DNA of 63,693 nt, counting the filler, from an uncultured Methanosarcinales archaeon (GTDB lineage: Archaea; Nanobdellota; Nanobdellia; Woesearchaeales; CALCXY01): assembly GCA_964385185.1 (NCBI GenBank). It is 4 parts of 4 records of this genome, joined end to end, with 100 filler letters (N's around TTAATTAATTAA, not from the genome) between each part and the next. Parts side by side here need not be neighbours in the genome. Positions count along the whole stretch, not along the records: positions 1 to 12,506 come from CAYLOA010000001.1; positions 12,607 to 23,069 come from CAYLOA010000004.1; 2 more parts are not named here. One strand, 5' to 3'. The translations under genes were made by a program, and so were the position numbers. Shown here piece by piece: positions 10,210-17,445 of this stretch (positions are counted from its first letter, which is position 1; every line of letters starts with the position of its first letter). The notes under the pieces were generated by a model that saw nothing but the letters and a program-made list of their open reading frames with translations, was not told the DNA's origin and searched no databases.

Positions 10210-11081
10210 AGCAAATGCATCTCTTCCAGTACTGCATGTAATTTTTCTTTATTTTCCTTTTCCATATCACACATAGGCAATCGAAAACTGCCTCCTGCAA
10301 AACCTTTTATGGTCATTGCAGTCTTAATCGGAATCGGATTCGTTTCTATAAACGCAACTTCAATTAAGGGAGCTAACTCTGCATCTATCTTTTTTGCTTC
10401 GTCAACATTACCAGCCAACATGCTATCAGTTAATCCAACTACTTTTTCAGGTACCAGATTACTAATGACTGAAATAACACCTTTTCCACCTAATTCCATA
10501 AGAGGAACCGTCATTCCATCATCTCCGGATAATACAGTGACATCAGGAATCTCTTTTATGACTTCTTCCATCTGTGCAATATCTCCTGAAGCTTCTTTAA
10601 TGTATTTTACATTTTTCAAACTACAAATTTTTATCATTGTGGGAACGTCAATATTCTTTCCCGTTCTACTTCCAATATTATACACCACAATAGGAATGCT
10701 AATAGCATCACTTACTGCTTTAAAATGCAAATATAATCCCTTGTCTGTAGGTTTATTATAATACGGTGTAACAACTAAAACTGCGTCAGCTCCCATTTCT
10801 TGAGCCATTACGCTCATCTCAACCGTCTTTGCAGTATTATTACTCCCTGTCCCTACAATTACAGGAATTCTCTTATGACAAAGTCCTATGGTAGCATCAA
10901 TTAACTCTTTCTGTTCCTCAAGAGTCAAAGTAGGTGTCTCTCCAGTAGTCCCGAGAGGCAAAACTCCATTCACTCCAGCTTCTAATTGATATTGCACATT
11001 AGATTCAAATCCTTGAATATCTAAACTACCATCTTTTTTGAAAGGTGTGACTAATGCAGTGATCGTTCCTTCTATCTTCAT
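10206..11081 (-). CDS. dapA: 4-hydroxy-tetrahydrodipicolinate synthase
   Basis: ALVTPF, GTTGE, PYYNKP, YNI, IKEASG, SGDD, ETNPIPIK. Confidence 0.97.
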   Translation of the reverse strand: MKIEGTITALVTPFKKDGSLDIQGFESNVQYQLEAGVNGVLPLGTTGETPTLTLEEQKELIDATIGLCHKRIPVIVGTGSNNTAKTVEMSVMAQEMGADAVLVVTPYYNKPTDKGLYLHFKAVSDAISIPIVVYNIGSRTGKNIDVPTMIKICSLKNVKYIKEASGDIAQMEEVIKEIPDVTVLSGDDGMTVPLMELGGKGVISVISNLVPEKVVGLTDSMLAGNVDEAKKIDAELAPLIEVAFIETNPIPIKTAMTIKGFAGGSFRLPMCDMEKENKEKLHAVLEEMHLL

Positions 11082-11842
11082 GATCGATCCCCCACAATAC
11101 TGTCCATTAAGTTTTCAATCTCAAAAAATCCTTTTTGACCTACTAAAAATTCAGCAGCTAAAACAGCACCTAAAGCAAAGCCATCTCTACTTCGTGCTGT
11201 ATGTTTAATCTCAATCGTATCTGCTGGACTATCAAACAAAACTCCATGTGTTCCAGGATCACTTCCAATACGCAGTGAGGAAAAATGTAACTCTGAAGGT
11301 TTAATCTGTCTATCTACTTGACCATATTCTATAGTCTTCTTCCGACCTACTTGTTTTTTCAAAATCTCTGCGATACTTGTCGCTGTCCCACTCGGACTAT
11401 CAGCTTTCTGATTATGATGAAATTCATATCCTGCGACGTCATACTCTTTTACTTTGTCTACAATAGCTGCTGCATCTTGTACCATCCTAAAAAACATATT
11501 AACACCAATGGAAAAATTGCTAGCCCAAAAAAATCCTACATTGTTATCTGTAATAATACTTCTCACTCTGTCCATCTCGTCATACCACCCTGTAGTACCC
11601 ATGACTAGATTAACACCAGCTTCTGTAACAATTTCAATATTATCTAGTGCACAACTCGGATGAGTGAAGTCTATAGCAACATCTATCCCTTTCAAAGCTT
11701 TGGCATCTACTTTTTTATGAGTAGCTTCTTTATTTTTTGGATCAATAGTAACAGCAACAGTATGTCCCCTATCTATTGCAATCTGTTCAATAACTTTTCC
11801 CATTTTTCCATATCCTATAATTGCAAGTTTTAGTTTTTTCAT
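11078..11842 (-). CDS. dapB: 4-hydroxy-tetrahydrodipicolinate reductase
   Basis: GYGKMG, IDFT, GTTG, NFSIG, EFHHNQKADSPSGTA. Confidence 0.96.
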   Translation of the reverse strand: MKKLKLAIIGYGKMGKVIEQIAIDRGHTVAVTIDPKNKEATHKKVDAKALKGIDVAIDFTHPSCALDNIEIVTEAGVNLVMGTTGWYDEMDRVRSIITDNNVGFFWASNFSIGVNMFFRMVQDAAAIVDKVKEYDVAGYEFHHNQKADSPSGTATSIAEILKKQVGRKKTIEYGQVDRQIKPSELHFSSLRIGSDPGTHGVLFDSPADTIEIKHTARSRDGFALGAVLAAEFLVGQKGFFEIENLMDSIVGDRS

Positions 11843-11851
11843 GTGTATCAC

Positions 11852-12253
11852 CTAGTTCTCCTTCAGAATGGTAAACGTTTCAGTATGGTTTACCCCTTCT
11901 GATATTCTTATTTTTTCAAGTTGTTCATTCATAGCTTCTGTATCAACAGAATCCAAGACACAAACAATATCAAATCTTCCTGTAACTTCATATATTTCTC
12001 GTAATCCAATTGATTGTAACAATTCTACAATCTTCTTTGTTTCAATATGTGGATTCGTTTCAATACCCACAATAGCACCAATTCGATTTCTTAAAGTTAC
12101 TGTAAACTTCTTGATAACCTCTTGGTCTTGCATTTTGGCAACTCTCTTCCGAATGGTTCCCTCACTAACTCCAAGTTCTTTGGCTATCTTCAAAAAAGCC
12201 ATCCGGCCATCATTTTGCAAAAATTGTACTATTTTCGTATCTAATTCATCCAT
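11852..12253 (-). CDS. Lrp/AsnC family transcriptional regulator (LysM-like) heading the lysine operon
   Basis: MDELDTKIVQFLQNDGR...IAKELGVSEGTIRKRV HTH; YEVTGRFD RAM domain. Confidence 0.92.
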   Translation of the reverse strand: MDELDTKIVQFLQNDGRMAFLKIAKELGVSEGTIRKRVAKMQDQEVIKKFTVTLRNRIGAIVGIETNPHIETKKIVELLQSIGLREIYEVTGRFDIVCVLDSVDTEAMNEQLEKIRISEGVNHTETFTILKEN

Positions 12254-12287
12254 ATATACCACCTAATTACACATGGAATGCGAAATA

Positions 12288-12324
12288 CTATATAAGGCTT
12301 TCCCTAAAAGTACGAAATTAGTAA
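12288..12324 (-). promoter_or_regulatory. Lysine-operon promoter (TTATATAG with BRE) and an upstream 15-bp Lrp/LysM-like box
   Basis: TATA at 12288-12295; semi-palindrome GTACGAAATTAGTAA at 12310-12324 just upstream of the BRE. Confidence 0.5.
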
Positions 12325-12354
12325 TAAAAACTACTATAATAGAAATAAAAATTA

Positions 12355-12506
12355 TTAATTAAGAGTTCCATAGTTGTCTACTGCGTATTTGAAATCATCC
12401 ACCCTTGAATTGGTATTACCTTGATAACCACCAGGTACATACAATTTCAAAAAAGTAGCTTCACTTCTCAAATTCTTCATTTCTTGAAGAGTCCCTTCAA
12501 AAGAAC
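12355..12506 (-). CDS. 3' fragment of a gene truncated by the contig end
   Basis: Open frame from the gap: ...SFEGTLQEMKNLRSEATFLKLYVPGGYQGNTNSRVDDFKYAVDNYGTLN*. Confidence 0.45.
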
Positions 12507-12606
12507 NNNNNNNNNNNNNNNNNNNNNNNNNNNNNNNNNNNNNNNNNNNNTTAATTAATTAANNNNNNNNNNNNNNNNNNNNNNNNNNNNNNNNNNNNNN
12601 NNNNNN
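12507..12606. other. Artificial contig joint (N-padded TTAATTAATTAA six-frame stop spacer)
   Basis: Ns flanking TTAATTAATTAA at 12551-12562. Confidence 0.97.
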
Positions 12607-12816
12607 TTATCTCGCTATCACTCGAAACTTTAAGATACTCATTTCATTCGTATCGTAAAGTTATCTCACTTCGTTCGAAGCTNNNNNNNNNNNNNNNNNN
12701 NNNNNNNNNNNNNNNNNNNNNNNNNNNNNNNNNNNNNNNNNNNNNNNNNNNNNNNNNNNNNNNNNNNNNNNNNNNNNNNNNNTTAAGATACTCGTTTCAC
12801 TCGTACCTTAAAGCTT
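12607..12816. repeat. Tandem hairpin array at the 3' end of the ABC permease gene, interrupted by a 100-N gap (12683-12782)
   Basis: AACTTTAAGATAC-tcatttcattc-GTATCGTAAAGTT and ...TTAAGATAC-tcgtttcactc-GTACCTTAAAGCT, linked by TTATCTCRCTWTC-like units. Confidence 0.65.
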
Positions 12817-14017
12817 CCACAGGCTGCTGCCTAGCTGCTTGTATTGCAGGTAATACTCCTGAGACTGTTCCTATTGTAAATGAAAATGCTAAAACTGCTA
12901 AAATTAAATACCACGGGAAAAAGACATCTATGAATTCAAACAATAATACATTCTTAATAATCCAAACCACTCCTTTTGAGAATCCAATTCCTATTAGAAT
13001 GCCCATTATTCCTCCTGCAGCTCCTAACAACCCTGACTCTAAAATAAATAATTGGGTAATATCTCTGTTTCTTGCTCCAATTGCTTTCATTATTCCAATT
13101 TCTTTGGTTCTTTCTATGACTGAAGTGTACATAGTATTCATTATTCCAATTCCTCCTACTAATAATGAAATTCCTGCAATGGCTATGAGTACCAATTGGA
13201 TGACTCCCAAGATTTGATTGAGTGATCTTAGGATTTCATCAAATGTTTGGATTGCAAAGTCTTCTTTTCCTTCTTCAAGATCTCTAAAGTTTCTGAGTCT
13301 TCTTTTTATTTTTTCTGCAACTATGACGGGATCTACTCCTTTTTCCATTTTGAGAATGATAGCATCCACCCTGTTTGGAATTTCAAATAACTCTCTTGCA
13401 GCTTCTAGTGGCATACTTATCGCTTTATCATCTTCAGCAGAACCTATGTAATCCAAGACACCGACTATTTTTACATTTTGTCCGTTAATTTTATACGTGT
13501 TTCTTACCTGAGCATTTTTCTTGAATAAATTTCTTTCTACATGATAATTTCCTACAACCGCTTTGAATTTATCCCCCTTCTTGATCATTCTACCTTCAGC
13601 AATTTCTACATCACCTAGCAATTCTTCCCATACTTTTAGTCCAACCCCTGTATCTGTTCCAATTACATTGAAGAATCTTGTTTCATCGTTGAATTCTATT
13701 TTTGCAGGTACGATGATATATACAGTGGATTCTGCTACTTCTTTTATTTTGGCTACAAAATCCCAATCATCTTCGGTTAAGGAGATTCCCAGCGTTTGTG
13801 ATCCGGGAGGTGCAAATGCAGTTTTCGGAGTGATAATTAATTTGTCTGTACCTAGTAGTTCAAATTGTTCATTAATTTCTTTTTCAAAACCTTGTCCTAG
13901 TGATATTAAGGAGACGATTGCTGCAATTCCTACAAAAATTCCTAACAGGGTTAATGATGTTCGTAGCTTTCGCTGTTGTAATGTTCTCAGTGAGTATTGT
14001 AATAGATCTTTTATCAT
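12797..14017 (-). CDS. ABC transporter permease, MacB/FtsX family
   Basis: LRTSLTLLGIFVGIAA, GGIGIMNTMYTSVIERTKEIGIMKAIGA, PVEALRYE. Confidence 0.95.
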   Translation of the reverse strand: MIKDLLQYSLRTLQQRKLRTSLTLLGIFVGIAAIVSLISLGQGFEKEINEQFELLGTDKLIITPKTAFAPPGSQTLGISLTEDDWDFVAKIKEVAESTVYIIVPAKIEFNDETRFFNVIGTDTGVGLKVWEELLGDVEIAEGRMIKKGDKFKAVVGNYHVERNLFKKNAQVRNTYKINGQNVKIVGVLDYIGSAEDDKAISMPLEAARELFEIPNRVDAIILKMEKGVDPVIVAEKIKRRLRNFRDLEEGKEDFAIQTFDEILRSLNQILGVIQLVLIAIAGISLLVGGIGIMNTMYTSVIERTKEIGIMKAIGARNRDITQLFILESGLLGAAGGIMGILIGIGFSKGVVWIIKNVLLFEFIDVFFPWYLILAVLAFSFTIGTVSGVLPAIQAARQQPVEALRYE

Positions 14018-15234
14018 TTTCTTAGCGCATCCACAGGATGTAATTTAGCTGCTTGGAGTGCAGGAACTACTCCTGATGCGGTACCTACACCAAATGAAAA
14101 TATGAGTGCTCCTAAAATTAGATACCAAGGGAAGTTGGCTCTGAGTAAATCTGTACCTAGGAGACCTTTTCCAATAATTTCAACTGATTTAGAGAGGGCG
14201 ATGCCCATAATGATGCCTACAATCCCTCCAGACATTCCGAGGAATCCAGATTCAATCATAAATAATGTTAGGATATCTTTATTTTTTGCTCCAATGGCTT
14301 TCATGATTCCTATTTCTCGAGTTCTTTCTAAGACAGAGGTGAACATGGTGTTCATAATTCCTATCCCCCCTACAAACAGAGAAATCATAGCTATTCCGAT
14401 AATGAGTGCTTGCATGATGAGTAAGATAGAACCAAATGTTGAAGCAGTTTGTTCAGGAGTTTCTACGGTGAAGTCTTCTTCTCCTAGATCTAATCTTCTA
14501 TCTCTTCTCATATTTTTTTCAATGTTTTGTGCAACGATTCTATTATCAAATCCTTTGGCCACTTGGACATTGATAAAATCAACTTCATCTTGTTCATTAA
14601 CAAGATCTCGTAAGGTATCTTCCATAATGAGAAATGCATCATTTCCAAATGGTGCTGAAATTCTTTCCATGATGCCTATTACTTCAAATTTTTTCCCTTC
14701 AAGAAGTATTTTTTCCCTTACTTTTACTGGACGATCAAATGGATTATTATCTTTTAGGAAATTATTACCTAATACTACTTTGAATTTATCTCCTGTTTTG
14801 AGATGTCTTCCTTGATTAACTTCCACATTTAATGCTCTCAGAACAAAGTCTCTCCCTTCTTTACTTTCTGGAAGAGAGATGGCAAAAGTTTGAACGGTAC
14901 GATCATTGAGTTCTCCTGTTACTCCTCGGAGTAATCTTCCCACGGCAAATTCAACACCTCTCGAGCGTTCCACAATTTTTATATCATCTTCCAGCAAGGG
15001 TACTGCTGCAAGGCTACCCGGAGGGCCAAAACCAGAACTGGCTGCTTGGATTACAAGAATGTCTGAACCTAAATCTGAAAAGGTAGCTGTTAAGGCTTCC
15101 TCAAGTCCTTGACCTAGAGAAACGAGAGAAACTACAGCAGCTATACCAATAAAAATTCCCAACATGGTAAGCCAAGATCTTAATTTTCTGCTTTTTAAGG
15201 ATCTTAGTGTAATTAAGACATAGTCTTTAATCAT
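14014..15234 (-). CDS. ABC transporter permease, MacB/FtsX family (paralog)
   Basis: LRSWLTMLGIFIGIAA, GGIGIMNTMFTSVLERTREIGIMKAIGA. Confidence 0.95.
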   Translation of the reverse strand: MIKDYVLITLRSLKSRKLRSWLTMLGIFIGIAAVVSLVSLGQGLEEALTATFSDLGSDILVIQAASSGFGPPGSLAAVPLLEDDIKIVERSRGVEFAVGRLLRGVTGELNDRTVQTFAISLPESKEGRDFVLRALNVEVNQGRHLKTGDKFKVVLGNNFLKDNNPFDRPVKVREKILLEGKKFEVIGIMERISAPFGNDAFLIMEDTLRDLVNEQDEVDFINVQVAKGFDNRIVAQNIEKNMRRDRRLDLGEEDFTVETPEQTASTFGSILLIMQALIIGIAMISLFVGGIGIMNTMFTSVLERTREIGIMKAIGAKNKDILTLFMIESGFLGMSGGIVGIIMGIALSKSVEIIGKGLLGTDLLRANFPWYLILGALIFSFGVGTASGVVPALQAAKLHPVDALRK

Positions 15235-15236
15235 CT

Positions 15237-16622
15237 TTACTGCTTGGTTTTTCTCTTTTTCATTAACCAGTAGATTCCTGCACCAAATACATACCCACCG
15301 ATTACTAATATTCTCCAGAGAATTGTTTTATAGCGTGGTCCTGTCATTTTAAGGACATCAAACACCATAAAAAGCCAAGCTACTGTTAGAATTACTATAA
15401 ATGCTAAGCTGAATATTGATCCTACAAAAGAACCTCCTTGGATTAATCCTAGTTTTTTTGCTTGTCGAGAGCTGTACAAAGGAAGATCCAATTGGATACT
15501 TTTTGTAAATTCTTTGTTAAATGCATCTTTGTATGTGAGATCAAGATCTAGAACTGCTTGTTTTTTTGCTGAGACGTATATTTCATATTCTGCTGAATCA
15601 AAATCATCTGAATCTAGATTACCCAAGTATACAGAGGGTGAAGAGACTACCGTATAATCTTTACTTGGGTTTAAATTTGCAGTAAGGTATTGAATTTCAG
15701 AAGAACCTACATTGGATACGGAGATGATTACATTTCCTTTTCCACCTCTTGTGTAGACTTCCGTTTCATCTATATTTACTAAAAAATCAGGTGCATCGTT
15801 TACAATAATTCCAATATCATTATTTTTTGAATAGTTTCTTCCTACTTCATCGAAATAAGAAATTTCTAATGGAATTTTATGGACTTTTGAAGCAGCATTT
15901 GCTTCCACATTGAGATTGAATATTACTTTCGTTGATTCTTTTCCACTTAATTGATGAATCATTTTTTCATCTGAAGTTCCTACGGGAGCAAAAGGGACAT
16001 CATCTAGATTGAGTTTAAATCGTAGATCTTTGAGAACGGAATCTGCTGTGTTTACTATTGTCATCTCTACATTTGTCGTTGTTCCTGGCGATAAGACCTT
16101 TGAATCTGTGGAAATTTCTTCTATTGCTAATATTGCGTCATTTGTTTGCACTCTGAGAAAAAAAGGTTCTAGTTTTGTCCAGGCTAATCCCCCATTAGGT
16201 GAGAATTGAAAGCTAATTTTATTATTTCCTTCTACTGCTGATTCATCAACTTTTAATCTGTAAAAAATGATGTATGCATCTTCTCCTACCTGTCTAGCAC
16301 CTACTCTTCCTAATCTTACTCTTTCTGTTCCTTCTGCTAATGTGAAGGGGTATTTAGGTATAAATTCAAATAATACATTTGGAGCGTCAGAAGTTCCAAT
16401 ATTTTCTACCTTTAGTCTGACTTCCACGATACCACCTGGTTCAGCAGGGTCGGGACGTTGATTGATGAAGTTGTATGAGACATCATTAATGTTTGATTCA
16501 GATTTATTTCTGACTATAATTACTGATAAGTCTGTGTTGGATTTACTTAATGCAGCTTCAGCTATTCCTGCAAATGCTATACAGATTGTGAGTATAAGTA
16601 TTACTTGGAGTATTTTTTTCAT
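15237..16622 (-). CDS. COG1361-like (S-layer domain/CARDB-type) membrane-anchored protein of the ABC module
   Basis: Signal peptide, PDPAEPGG-VEVRLKVENIG beta domains, YLGNLDSDD, two C-terminal TM helices. Confidence 0.8.
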   Translation of the reverse strand: MKKILQVILILTICIAFAGIAEAALSKSNTDLSVIIVRNKSESNINDVSYNFINQRPDPAEPGGIVEVRLKVENIGTSDAPNVLFEFIPKYPFTLAEGTERVRLGRVGARQVGEDAYIIFYRLKVDESAVEGNNKISFQFSPNGGLAWTKLEPFFLRVQTNDAILAIEEISTDSKVLSPGTTTNVEMTIVNTADSVLKDLRFKLNLDDVPFAPVGTSDEKMIHQLSGKESTKVIFNLNVEANAASKVHKIPLEISYFDEVGRNYSKNNDIGIIVNDAPDFLVNIDETEVYTRGGKGNVIISVSNVGSSEIQYLTANLNPSKDYTVVSSPSVYLGNLDSDDFDSAEYEIYVSAKKQAVLDLDLTYKDAFNKEFTKSIQLDLPLYSSRQAKKLGLIQGGSFVGSIFSLAFIVILTVAWLFMVFDVLKMTGPRYKTILWRILVIGGYVFGAGIYWLMKKRKTKQ

Positions 16623-17305
16623 TTTGCTTGTCTGCTCATTAATTTCCCATCTTTTAAATGTACCGTTCTATCAGCTGCTTTTGCGACATAATCATCGTGT
16701 GTTACCATTACTATGGTTTTTCCTTCCTTTCTATGTAGATCTTTTAGGAATTTCATCACATTGAGTCCTGTTTTGGAATCTAGGTTTCCTGTGGGTTCAT
16801 CTGCTAAGATTACCTCCGGGTTAATTGCTAATGCTCTTGCAATTGCTACTCTTTGTTGTTGACCTCCTGAAAGTTCAGTAGGTTTATGGTCCATTCTATC
16901 ACCTAATTCTACCATCGTTAAGAGTTCTTCTGCTCTTGTAATTCTTTTATGTTCTACTATGTTTTGAAACATTAAAGGGAGCATGACATTTTGTTTAGCT
17001 GTCAAGGTAGGGATTAAATTGAATTGTTGAAAGATAAAACCTATCATTTTTCCTCTAATTTGTGCTAGAGAAGATTCTGATAGTTTTGAGATATCTTTTC
17101 CGTTGAGGGTGATAGTTCCTTTGGTAGGAAGATCAAGACATCCTACCATATTTACTGCTGTGGATTTCCCTGATCCTGAGGGGCCCATAATGGAGACAAA
17201 TTCTCCTTTTTGTATCTCTAGATTCAATCCTTGGAGGGCAGTTACTTTAACTTCTCCCAAATCATAGATTTTCCAGACATCTTTGAGTTGAATTATAGCT
17301 GTCAT
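16619..17305 (-). CDS. ABC transporter ATP-binding protein (LolD/MacB-like)
   Basis: GPSGSGKST, FQQFNL, LSGGQQQRVAIARAL, ADEPTGNLD, VTHD. Confidence 0.97.
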   Translation of the reverse strand: MTAIIQLKDVWKIYDLGEVKVTALQGLNLEIQKGEFVSIMGPSGSGKSTAVNMVGCLDLPTKGTITLNGKDISKLSESSLAQIRGKMIGFIFQQFNLIPTLTAKQNVMLPLMFQNIVEHKRITRAEELLTMVELGDRMDHKPTELSGGQQQRVAIARALAINPEVILADEPTGNLDSKTGLNVMKFLKDLHRKEGKTIVMVTHDDYVAKAADRTVHLKDGKLMSRQAK

Positions 17306-17320
17306 CTTGTTTCCTTTATT

Positions 17321-17351
17321 TCTTGTATCTCTTGTATCTCTTGTATCTCTT
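17321..17351. repeat. 9-bp tandem repeat (TCTTGTATC x about 3.4) in the ABC operon leader
   Basis: TCTTGTATC at 17321, 17330 and 17339, plus TCTT. Confidence 0.85.
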
Positions 17352-17445
17352 AATCAATATATACCTTTTGGTTGTTATGCTGATGATATTTAGTTCATTT
17401 GATTACATTTATATATTGGAATATGCAGATAGTACACTATAAGGG

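Noticed and set aside
12607..12816. CRISPR array
   Set aside because: Units are degenerate hairpins without unique spacers, and there are no cas genes in the window.
8675..16764. Longer antisense ORFs such as 10309-10761, 13563-14048 and 14102-14815
   Set aside because: Mirror frames of well-conserved genes; no motifs or start signals of their own.
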